Shown piece after piece: positions 24,738 through 37,000 of a stretch of 64,000 bases of DNA. Location: NCBI GenBank assembly GCA_965153455.1, contig OZ234493.1, positions 6,438,213 to 6,502,212 on the forward strand, written 5' to 3'. Under the pieces are notes generated by a model. That model had not been told where the DNA came from. It did no database searches and saw only the letters and a list, made by a program, of their open reading frames with translations. Both the position numbers and the translations under genes were made by a program. Source of the stretch: Sphagnum compactum (Eukaryota). Numbering within the stretch: the stretch's first letter is position 1; each line of letters starts with the position of its first letter.

Positions 24738-27700
24738 TGTAAGTTCTAGAATATTTACTTAGTTAGGGGGCAATCACAATGAAAATGTCACTTTTAATTA
24801 AAGACAAAGGTTAATAATCAAAAGGTCACCCATAATTAACTATAAATAAGTTAGTTTACATAAAAATATGGAGTTATCACTAGCCTACATGTATATATTA
24901 TTGTTGTTGCTTGTGATTTACTAATACAAAAAACAAAAGTTTTTTTTATTAGAGTGAATACATGATTATAGATATTACAATTTTCATAGTATTTGAACAA
25001 TGTTGAAAGGAACCAAGTGTTTTTCAGATTTTGTTAAGTAGAGTATTCTCAAGAGAATAGGGAAGTAAAGAATCATGTATCAAAAGCAATTTCCAAATAT
25101 GTTTACCATTGAAAGTTCTAACAAGTTGGAGGGTGCATCCAACTACAAATCTAGAAAGTCAAAATCAAGACCATGTTGATGAAAGAACATCTTTGGAATC
25201 TTGTGAATCTTGACCAAGACCAAGGAACAAACATAAGTGCTTTTGATGAAGAGGTCAATGCAAGAGTTATTGAAAGGTGCGGAGGTGGTCAAGTTACAAA
25301 CACCATGACAACCAAGCGTAAATACAAGGCTTTGGCAATCATCATTATTTCAATTAAAAATGATTTGATTCCTTATGTTGCAAATATGGAGGATCCACAA
25401 ACATGTTGGAAGGTTTTGTAAAAATTGTTTGAGATTCACAATGCAACTCATAGTTTCTATTTCATCAACAAGCTCTTATCCGTTAGGATGGAGGAAACAA
25501 CTTCGATGATTGATTTCTTGAAATAAACCAAGGAAATTACTATACAACTAGCCAACATTGGAGAGACACTAGAGGAAAGTAAAGTAGTGTAGATTATCTT
25601 CAATCATTACCAGAGTTCTTTGAAAGCTTCATTCGAGTTGTACTAGGTAGAGATCAAATGCCCACATTTGATAAATTGTCAACCATGTTGTTCTTGGAGG
25701 AAAAATGATGTAAAAATAAGTAGTGACACAACACCAATGAAACTTTGTTTACTACACTAAAAGAAATTTTATATCATGCAACCATTCAATTTGCAATCAT
25801 ATGCAACTAAATGTCATTTGTGACTATGTTTTGTCATTTTACAAATAATCACCATCTGTTTCAATCTATTATTTTCTTGCGACTATAGTGTGACTAATAT
25901 GTGACTATTAGGTTTTACATCCTTTTATGATGACTAAATTTTTAGGCTTTTCATTCAAGAAGGGGTTTCTATGTGCAATTAATTACAGAAATAGTCACAA
26001 CTTGGTTACTTCTATGTGATGTACATATACCTTTGATATATATTAATATGTTTTATAATATATTAGGGGTATATTTACATATTTAAAAATTTAATTATAT
26101 TATATTTAAGGCACATTCAATACACATTTTGCATATATTGTGGCTATGTAGGTTAAGCAAGTTGATAAGTAAATAGTTAAATAGTTAAATAGGCAGAACT
26201 ACCTACAATACTTAATATAAATAATAGTTACTACTAATTATAAGTTAATTAATTAGTTCATAGTAATAATTAATAATTAAATTAAATTACTTACTAAAAT
26301 TATTAATTACTGAAATTTATTATTATCCAATAATTTAAATATTTTGTGCTACTGTTAGTTAGTTACTTAATTAATATTAATAAACTGTTGCTTAGATAAT
26401 TAATAATCATTTAATATAATTATTATTTAAAGATTATGTTAATATATAATATATATTATTTCATTACTAATTCAATATTAATTTATTAACATACTAAAAT
26501 AATTTAGTATTAATAGAAATGAATTATTTATTAATTTATTGTAATTATGAATTTTTAAATTTTCAATGATAATAATTAGTAATTATAGTAATTTATTATT
26601 AATATTATGATTATTATTTATTCAGATTAAATTAATTAATTAATATATTAATTAATTGCATTTACTATTATTCAATAATTTAGTAGTTTATGTAATAATT
26701 TCAATAGTTTATGCTACTACTAGTTACTACATAATTAGTAGGTGGTAATAAATAATAGTTAGGTCGGTAAGTGGGTAAGTAATTATTTAATGTTTAGTTA
26801 ATTAATTTGTTCTAGTTAGTTAAGTAGTTAGTTGGTAAATTATCTATTAGATATATAGTTTACAAACTTGAAAAAGAAGACAAGGGATATGGGAAAAACT
26901 TTTTAGTTGCAACTTAATTTCAACTTAGTTACAAATTAGGTTGCAACAAAAAAATTTATCCCATATGTTTTGTCTTCCATTTCCATCTTGTAAAAGTATA
27001 TAAGGAAGGTGTTTTGTTTTACATTTTTATATTAAAAACATGTGTAATTTGGGATGAACCAATGAAAAAGGTTTAACCCTAAAGGCTAACCTAAAATAAA
27101 ATTACAATATTTACATATTTGCTTTCTAGTTTACCTACCCACCTACTTACCTAGTCCTACCTACCTTCTTTCCTACCTATTTACCTACCTAAATATTGAC
27201 TTAAATGTATTTTGGCCAAAATTCAATTAACATGCCCCATGGCAAATTTTTATTGTGCCATGTGGCATGATCTAACACCATCCAAAATAGATGATGAAGA
27301 TCTAATATGTAATTTAAAAACATAATTTAAAATTATTATTATGTTGCCACATGGCACTTTGTAATGGGTTATAACATAGTTGTAAATAATGGTGAGTAGT
27401 TGCAAACTTTGTACAAATGGTCAACAGATGAAGGTTATATGTCGATTGTATACATCATTCATATGGAATGTGATGACATCATGCTAAGTCATCATTTGCG
27501 ATTAGATGTTGCATGTGATTTCACTTATGCAACTAATGGAATTTTAGTTGTACATGTTGGTTGTAATTTATTTTTAGTTGCAAATTGCAATCACCAATTG
27601 AAACTTTTTTTCTAGTGTTAGTGGAGGTCGTGGACATGGAGCCATACTACCATAGGAGGTTGAGCCATTAGAAGGCAAGGAGGGGTGTCAACAACCAAGG

Positions 27701-30045
27701 TCATGATGATTAGCAAAATAATCCTAATGATCATTGTTAAAACATTCCTTGCTGCCCTAAGAATTGCACTCGACATAGGCTACATGCATTGGGGGAGGGA
27801 ATGCATTTTTTTCCCATCTAAACCTTGTCAACAATTCAACATTATCTATAATGAGCACGAGGGCATGAGTCACAATGAAGAATAAAAGGAAGAACCTCCT
27901 AATCTTGACCAATTAGAGGTTGCACTGATGACCACACACAAGAACCAACAAGAGAAGGACAACAACTAATACTTTGATTTTAAAGCTTTTGCCCACGTAA
28001 TTGGGGATATTATAAGTTTTAGTTATGTTAAAAGATGGTAGATTTTACTAGTGTTAAATCCATTCACACTTGCAAAGTGCATGGCAAAGGTACTAATGTA
28101 GTTGCATACAAAGAAGAAATAAAGGTTATGAGTGATATTTTCTACATACTTGGTGTAAAGAAGAATCTTTTGTTCGTAGGAGCAATTATAGATGTGGGAT
28201 ATGTCATTATGTTTAGGAAAAACACTTGTTGGATTGTTGTAGCAACATCATCTCACCAAATCCTCGTTGTAGGTCATAAAGATTCAATGAATGGTCTATA
28301 TAAACTAGAGTTAAAGTTGCCACAAACACATCAACAAGCATCGTCACAATTGTTTTTAGCAAAAGACAATCAATTGTGGAGTTATGCCACAAGTGAATGG
28401 GTCACATTGGGTTTTAGGGATTGCACGAACTTTTTCAACCAAAGTATTTTAATGGAATGCCCTACATCCCGATCACCACATAAGTTTGCAATGAATGTGT
28501 AATGTGAGCAACATAAGGAGATTGTACCTCATCATTTTTATGGATGATTATTCTCGAAAAACTTAGATGTTCTTCTTGCCATGAAAATCAAGAGCTTTTG
28601 AGAAGTTTAAATCTTCAAGATGTTGGTCAAAATTGGAAAAGGGAAAAAAATTAAATGTTTCGAAATCATAAGGATGGTGAGTTTCTATGAGAGGCCTTCA
28701 ACAAATTTTGTGAAACACATGGGATACAATGATAATTGATTATTGCAAATACACCCCACCAAAACGGTGTAACTAAATTTTTTTTGAACCATCTTGGATA
28801 GTGCAAGGAGTATGGCCATGGATGTTCGACTTTCAAATTATCTTTGGTCAAAAGCTGTCAACACTGCAACTTATTTGACCACCCATAGCCCATCCAAGTC
28901 AAATGTTGGGTTGACCCTAGAACATGTTTCCACACGCAAGTCACCTCAACTAGGTCACTTGAAGGTATTTGGTTGTCTTGCATACATCCATGTATCCAAT
29001 ATGAAGGGTAGTAAGTTAGATCCATGAGTAGTACATGCAATTTTTGTAGATTATGATGATGCCTCTAAGGCATACAAAATATATAACCCACAAAATAAAA
29101 TGATAAAAGGCCCAATTACATATGAAGAAACAATAATTAACTTCGGACAAAAGGTTGCCATGAAGCAAGAATATGATTCAATATTGAAGAATGGAACTTG
29201 GGAGTTGTAGGACATATTTGTTGGCAAAAGACCAATTGTCAACAAATGGGCCTTCAAAACCAAGTTGACTACGAAAAGAAAGGTGGAGAAGTTGAAAGCT
29301 AGGTTGGTGGCTTGAGGTTTTGAACAAACTATGGGCATAGATTTTTAGGAAACATTCACTCTTACTATCATATGGGCCACCATACAAATTGTGGTGACCC
29401 TAACATCACAAAACAATTGGATCATTAGACAACTTGACATATGGTCTATTTTCTTGAATAATGAACTCAAGAAGGAAGTTTTCATGGTGCAACCAAGAGG
29501 GTTCAAGGTGCAAGAAAAAGAACATCAAGTTTGTAGATTAAGGAAGGCTCTTTATGGTCTTCAACAAGCTCTTAGAACTTGGTACTCAAATATAGATTCC
29601 TTCCTCCAACAACATGGTTTATTGAGAAACAACTTTGACCATAACCTTTCCTTCAACATTTTCATGGAAGGATTTTATACAATTTTAATATCATATTTAG
29701 ACGATGTGTTGTTGACTAAAGATGACACCTCCAAATTGTTGAAAATAGAAGAAGAATTAAAATTTTAATATGAAATGTCTTGATTGGGTATAATTGGTAT
29801 TTACGTATTTACATAAGTGTAGAATTCTTGTATTATAGTGAAGGAATCATGTTGATATAGTGCAATATGCGAAGACAATGTTATATAGGTTCCAAATGAT
29901 TGATTGTCATTTAGTCACCTCTCCCATGGAGGAAGGTGTTCAATTGTTCACTGATATGGATTTAAATCCTACAAAAAAATCAACATATCAAAATCTCATT
30001 AGTAGTCTGATTTATTATAGGATAAAAAGACCATACCTTTTTTTA
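24738..30045 (+). mobile_element. Decayed Ty1/Copia LTR retrotransposon (candidate 5' LTR, gag, protease, integrase, RT; 3'-truncated)
   Basis: Candidate LTR TG(24738)...CA(24986), then a degenerate tRNA-iMet PBS tagtatttgaac. gag KLEGASNY/LWNLV from ~25.1 kb. Protease YFDFKAFAHVIG ~27970, VKKNLLFVG. Integrase DDYSRK, TPHQNGV, WSKAVNTATYL, LKVFGCLAY. RT GTWEL, KARLVA, QLDI..IFLN, LRKALYGL, YLDD. The INT-before-RT order indicates Copia. Many stops and frameshifts; no RNase H or 3' LTR seen. Confidence 0.9.
25755..27617. mobile_element. Non-autonomous CACTA element inserted in the Copia gag
   Basis: Ends CACTAAAAGAAA (25755) and TTTTTTCTAGTG (27617). The 3-bp flanks CTA/TTA differ at one base. 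Subterminal TGCAAC(T/C)A-like repeats occur at both ends, the core is extremely AT-rich, and the gag sequence resumes after it (SGGRGHG). Confidence 0.85.
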
Positions 30046-30059
30046 AGTCATAAAAAATT

Positions 30060-30385
30060 AGGATATGTCCTCATGTCCTAGGCCTTCATATCTTGGGCTT
30101 TCATGTCCTTTGCCTTCATGTCTTCACATCCTTAGACCCTCGTGTTTTAGAACATGTTTTCATGTCTTCAGGCCTTCACATCCTAGGTCTTTAGGACAAG
30201 GAAAATTTTACAAGGCTATGTGTAAATGTCTTTAAGCTCACAAGTTCTAGGCCTTCAATCTTTTTTGTCCCAGGCCTTAATGCCTCTGGATTGTCCATGC
30301 ATCAAGTCCTCATCCTTGAAACCCTTTTGTCATGGGCCATCAAACTTTAAAGTCTTAATCTTTTAAAAACATATTGTCCTAGGAT
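30060..30385. repeat. Degenerate ~14-15-bp minisatellite (cttcatgtcctaggc-like)
   Basis: Repeated cctcatgtcctagg/ccttcatatcttgg/ccttcacatcctagg variants begin where the Copia RT ends. Confidence 0.7.
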
Positions 30386-32142
30386 ACCAATTCTCGCACC
30401 TGGATTCATTTTGGCACCTTCACCTTTGTCCACTCTCTTTGTTAAACACCTAAACTACTTGCACATGGCAAGCCACGCACTTGGTGAGTTCGACATTTAG
30501 ACTCATCTCATAACCTAGGGATAGCCCCCAACCTCTAGACAAGTGGGATTCAACCCGTTATAAACTTCCCAAGTGGTATAAGGTTTTGTCGCTCGATATT
30601 ACCACACGTGGGCCAACAATACATGCTAAACTAGTATCTTATTAATAGATTTTAAAGTGTGTAAAATCAACTAGGAAAACTCCTTTAAACTGTTATTTCA
30701 GGAAAAATAAAAAATCAACAATTTGAGAATAATTGAGAGTGGAGCTTGTTATTGACATTTTCAACGAAGGAGAGCTATATTCAAAAAAATAATACAATAC
30801 TATTTGCTTATGACATAAAACCTACAAACTTTATGTCAAATTACTAGAGAGGTCTACATTTTTAGGGATGTTTGCTTTGATGAAAGATTCCATTACCTAC
30901 ATAATACTCAGTAAAATTCATTGCTTAATGACAATGAAAATATATATTCAAAGTGAAAAAAATGGATGAACACAAAAAAAATGAATCAAATTTGCAATTA
31001 GTCATGACATCAAAGACAAAGATGCAAAAATTCCAAAATTGACATAGTTGATGTGTTAAAGAGTTTTATTTTAGCTTGGAATCACTAATGAACTTGAAAA
31101 ACTCAAGCTTATATAAGGAGAGAAATTCCATGCCCAATCCATTGTGCGAGGTTTTTCTCACAGAACAAAACCAAGGCATTGTAGTACTTGTACAAGTAGG
31201 AGCAGTGAAAGTATATGTAGCAACAGTGGAGGCGCTCAGGAAAAAGGAAAGAGGAAATCAAAACAGGATGAAACGCAGTTTACCACAACAAATGGTGCTT
31301 TTCTGAGTTTCACCTTCGCCTCCCTCCCCCACCTCTTGAATGCTGATGTACTTTTTTGCAGGGTTTTTTTTTAATCTGACCCAGTTTTGGACCGAACTCA
31401 GGGTTTTGGTGCTGTGTTTTCCTGACTTTACGGATTTCCCTAATAACCAACAAAAACTAGTGATCAACAAAGGAAGCTACATAAATCTACAAGGCATAGA
31501 TAAGCAAGTTACCTTTAGAAAAAATAGCAAATGCTTATTGCAAGAAATTTAGGTACTCAAGTAATGTGCAATGTAGACATGAGAAGATAGTGGGTCTAGC
31601 AAGCACACTCATCTGGCAGCAGGTTGATCTAAAGTCTCCGTTGGGTGAGATTGAGTACATTCTTGTGCTGCCTTTGGCTCATTGTGTTATAAAATAGAAA
31701 GATGTTTCCAGGTGTCGTGAAGTACAAGGGGAAATATAGCAGGAACACAGTTGACACTTTTTCATCAATACTAAAGCCCTAAACCAAATTAGTTAACCTA
31801 ATTAGGTAGATTTCTTTTTTGTTCTTAAGGGTGATTTTACAGAGATTTGGTAGTAGACTTTTGCAAGATACTTAACATAATATGAAGGTTTTTTGTTTGA
31901 ATACTTGTCTTCTAAGATTCAAGGATAATCTAGTGTTGAATGCCATGTTTTCTAGTGAGATACACTGAATGGCCGTTGTAAGAGTATCTCCTCTAGCAAA
32001 CACTGCACAGCATGTTTTGGAAAACAAACATGACAGGTTTAATAAAATGGCTTTGGATCAGCATTTTTGCTCAATATGCTGGGAGTGGCAAAAGCCATTG
32101 CACAATCTAACCCTTGTTCTTGATTGGTCAAATATATCGATT

Positions 32143-32302
32143 GATCCATGTGATTTGCTATTAGTATGTTCAGATCTTATACAGTATCCATTTCATGTTT
32201 ATGGGTCAATCATGTGATTTGCTATTAGTAGATGGGTCAATAATGTGATCTGCTATTAGTAGGTTCTGATATTTTACAGTCTCCGTTTCATGTTTATGGG
32301 TA
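32143..32302. repeat. Short imperfect tandem duplication
   Basis: atgtgat(t/c)tgctattagta occurs x3 and tttcatgtttatgggt x2. Confidence 0.75.
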
Positions 32303-34017
32303 ACTAATCTTGGATGCAAGAAATATTGGTGCAGGCCAAATGCTGAGTAGGGGAGGAGCTGCTCTAACACACATTGCTCCTTCGATTCATGCATATAACA
32401 CGACACTGACAGTAGTTTACATGTACAGATTGAGCTACTGGCCTGCAAGTCCTTTGGGTGCAATCTCCCTAAAGTGTGCGAAGGCAGATATCTTCATAAG
32501 TATCAGGAACTTCTCTTTACTCAGTTTCAGACAACCCAAAAAGAAAAGTTGAGCTGAATCAATAACAAGAGTTACAAGGGACGATGCCCCAAAACTTCAC
32601 CCAAACGGGCATTCACCACCACCTCAATTTGAGCAACAATATAGTCTTCACTCTCCCAGGAAAGGAGCCAAAGATAGATAGTGTTTCACACTCTGGAAAG
32701 CATCAACTCAAAACTTGATGCAGGCGCACATTTGGTTGTCACACTTGGACACAAGAGTTAGATCTTTCAGGTTTGTGGGCAGACACCAAAAGATTACACC
32801 AAAGTAGATGGTTCACCTGTGTTGTCTTGCTCCCATCACAGAAAGGAAGAACAAACAAGCAAGAAAACAGAGTGAAATCCTATCTCACACCTAACAGGAA
32901 GAGTTGGTGGGAAGGAGTTGAAGTTTAGCATTCATCAATACCTAGCTGGTAAAATTGCAGCATCAAGTCCTCTTTGAATGCTCTTTCACAGTCAAATCAC
33001 AAGTCCACAGGAGCAGTTTTTTAGCTCAGCACCAACATTCCCAAGAAAAGCAGGTTAAAGATGGAGAGACCACCAAGAAGTATGGAGGCAGGCACAAAAT
33101 TGACTCTGCCCCTGGTTTGTCTCTGAAGAACCCCAACAACATTTCCTGAGTTTGGCCTCTCTTTCAATTATCAATGTCAATTTCAAGATTAACAATGTAT
33201 ACGGAGTAATGATAAATCATGTTCTCAGATCTAAGAAATATATACTGTGGCAATGGGGGTGAGCATAAATGATGTTCTCAGATCTGAGAAAGCTAACATT
33301 GGCCAGAGTCCCCAATTTAACATAGGGGGGAAAACCCTGAAGAGCCTATGATAATCTACACATTTAGAAGTAAGAGGCAACCTCCCATTCTCCAGGCTGT
33401 TGAGCATATAGTTCACCTTCATTTAGTGGTCAGATAAATCTTGCTCACTAAGCCTTCTACAAACCATCTCACCTCTACAAAGTCCTTCAGAATTGGTTCC
33501 ATCCTTTACAGGGGATGTCTATCTTTTCCCATCCCTGTAGATGCACACAGCCCATCCAAAAACGTTAAAAAAGTTATGTTCTGTCAATTATTGTAGCTTT
33601 TCAAAGTATAGTTCTAAATCACACAGCAAATCACTTTCAAGAGCCACAGTTCTTGCTCAGTTTCTAAGAAGAAAAATTCAGATCACAAGCCCTTACAGTA
33701 ATGACAATCATCCAAACATGATCCCTAGGCTCCAAATCTCTCTATTCCACACAAAAGGAGCAGGAACATTGTGCAGGGAAACTACAGAAAGATGCAAAAC
33801 ATTTTCAGTAATGGAGACTGCAGTTGAAGTTTGCCAAGAAAATCATGAATGTGGGCACCAAGGCAATGTACAATGAAGCAATATGATTACAAAGTGTGAT
33901 GTTCCTAGAGTGATAAAAGAAGGCATATTGGCCAACAATGAGGACCTTCAATCAACATTGGAAAGGCGGTCAGGAAGAAAAGCTCCGAACTAAACAGAAG
34001 TAGCCATGGGCTTGAGA

Positions 34018-37000
34018 TTACCTGCCATAAACTTCAGCTTGACGTGCCAAAGAATGCTGTGAGAAGGAGCTGGCATCTGTGCTGTAGGACGAGTCCTCAT
34101 GCAACAAGCTGAAGCCAGTGGTCTGATGTTCCTTATACTTGAGGGTCTCTCGCACATACTGGAAGGCATGAGAGACAGTGGTCTTTTCAAGGGCATTCAG
34201 CTGGAACGTGAAGAGCTTGTGGCCTCTACTATTCACACTCTTGAACAGCTCCTTGTACTTATGAGCTATGTACTGGTAGGCTTGTTGCGCCTGATTTTGG
34301 GTGTGAACAGGGCTGAAATCAGAGAACCACTCACAAGATGTAAGAGGAATTCCCCTTGTGATCTTATCCTCAAAGAGGTCATACTTGTTAAGGAGCATCA
34401 CAAAGCGCGTGTCCTGGAAGCAGGGATGCTTGAGAACACTGATAAAGAAGTCCCGAGTCTGAACCATCTTGTTGCAAAGAGTGCCAGAACTGTCCGGCCA
34501 CAGTGCATCATAGTCACTCAGTGCAACACAAAAGATAATGGCACGAACATCCTCAAACATGTCCAGCCACCTTTGCCTATCACTGCCCCTTCCACCAACT
34601 CGTATGAGTTGGTACCTGCAGTGATCAGAACCATGTTGAGTTAGCATTCCCAGAAATACTCAGCAACTCCCAGCCTACATTTCTCTCTTCATGAGCAAAA
34701 AGTAGCTTTCCTCAGTTGCTTGCAGCATCATGGGACCGAACATAAACTTCAGCAGGATCAAATATGAACACATGATACATGTAAAGCTTTCTGTGCAAGG
34801 CATCTGTAATGATCTTCCACAAGGTTGGATCAATCATCAAGCAGCATATATGTAGCTGTGAGTGTCACCTGCCAATCACCAAAGGAGATTCATTGTCCTG
34901 CCAGGCCCCAGAGTTAGGGACCTTGTCCTCCAAATCAAACTCAATCTGCACTAGTCCAGAACCTTGGCTCAACCCTTCTGCTTGCAATATGTCATTTTCT
35001 GTGGGCTCATACTCAGTCTTTGATACCTCCACAACCTACAGTCCAGTTCAGATCAAGATCACATAGTGCACATAAACAAGGATGGCCTTCCACTGGAACA
35101 ACACAAAAAAATTAAGTTAATAAAAAACCAGCTCAATCACATTCAAGGTCAGAACTGATTAATGCAGGGTACCAACAACAAGTACATTGGAAAGTTGAAA
35201 GGTGTAACTAGAGGTCAAAATGTACCCTATCCAAATAGTAGCTTGCGACATTAGGAAGGGAGTATAGGTCTGCTCTGCGGTCATACACTGCCTTGATTGC
35301 AGGGTTATTCCACAACTCTTCCACAATTGGTGCAAATTCTTGTGTGTAAGAGGAAGATGGAAATCCAGACTCCAAACTTTCAGCCGCCATTTTCTCCAAA
35401 AATCTATCACTCACTTGCTTCAAGCGTGCCTCCATGGCAAAAACACTTTTTCCCTTGCGGGACATGGACTTCCGCTCCTTCTTTTCATTCCAAGTGAACA
35501 TACCTGCCAGAAAATTTGTGAAAAGCCCAGGTATGTGTTATAGAGGAATTCAGTAACCAGAGTGCCTGATGTGAACAGTAGGTAGCACCCACAGTGCACC
35601 ATTGAGGAAGTATCTTTAGAACACCATCTATAGCCAAGCCAGCAGCCCTACTATCAAATCTCAATCTAGTATAGAGTCAAAGATAGTAAATAATCTCCTT
35701 AGAGATTGCAAAAAGTCTTACAAGGTGTCTACATATCAGGACTGAGATGATCTTCAGGTCTTTCATTCTATAAGCCATAGACCTTCAGAAGTTGTGTGCT
35801 GGACCACAGTGATATTTAAGCTTCCTTCTAGACATCATGGTTTCTACTAATGCTATAAAACATTCAAGGTGAACAATGTTCTGACCTGCTGACTGGGAAG
35901 GCAGATCTGAGTTATCAGCTGCACAAGAAGGTGCAGATGCACTCAGCTGTGACAGTGCTCGAATCTCTGCCAAGTCATCCTCCTCCTCCTCAAAGCGCTC
36001 ACGGCCTTCCAGTAAGATGCTCATGTACTTGTATATATTTGTTTGTATGAGAGACTTGAAGTTGGTCTTCTCTTCCTTTGTGAACCCATCATTGTACAAA
36101 ATTTTGGCCTGCCAAGCAAATAGCAGTCAAGAACATCCACATTATGAATATTTGTATGATTGCAGCCCACTGTTTTAAACTCATCTCCATGTGCACCTCT
36201 GCCCTAGAGAAAGGAACAAGGCAGTCAATGAGCTGAGTTACAGTAAAATAACAGTGTCTGCTAACTGACCTGCTTGAAAATAGTGCTCCTGCCAGAGCCC
36301 TCATGTCCAAGCAAGAGGAGCTTGTGGGCCTTGCTCTGTTCTAAGTAGTTGGGAAATCGATTGGATACCCCATTGGCCCTCTCATTATTTCCTCTTGAGC
36401 TTGATCCCGGTGTTGGCAATGAAAAGAATGGATAAAGGAGCTTGATTGATGCCTGGAACCATGTGCCTCTAGTCCATGAGCAAACAAAAACCTCTGTGCA
36501 AGCCTTACATTACATGTTCCTCTCAGTGCAGTGCTTCTCTGAAATAAGCATTTCTACTCTACTCATGTCATGATGCTGCTGGCCTCAAGAACCATGCTAG
36601 AAAGCTGCAGCACTCATTCCATGCAGATTTTCTATATTCTACCAGAGCTTTAACTAGGAGTCAACAAAAACCAAAAGATCAAGTAAGAATCAGGAATTCA
36701 CATGTAAATGCCCATCTTTCAGGGGGTATATGAATGTCCAGAAATATCTTCCACAGGAAAGGGAAAGTATGCAGATAAGACACTCTGGTGAATCAAGAGA
36801 AAGAATAATCAAGAGAACATTTGCAGGAAAAAAAGTCATGTCTTTTCAATTTACCTTTTTCCAGATGTTGCCCTCTTTTCCCCAGATGTTTCCCCTGACG
36901 TTCTTGAATCCCTCTTCTGAGTAGCTTCCATCATTTTCCACCCATAAATGAGTGTTCGGGGGACAGTGGACCCCTGCTAACTGCACAAGCAGTGATCCCA

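Noticed and set aside
34099..34644. 181-aa + strand ORF
   Set aside because: Lies antisense to the last XLG exon, a codon shadow with no recognisable motif.
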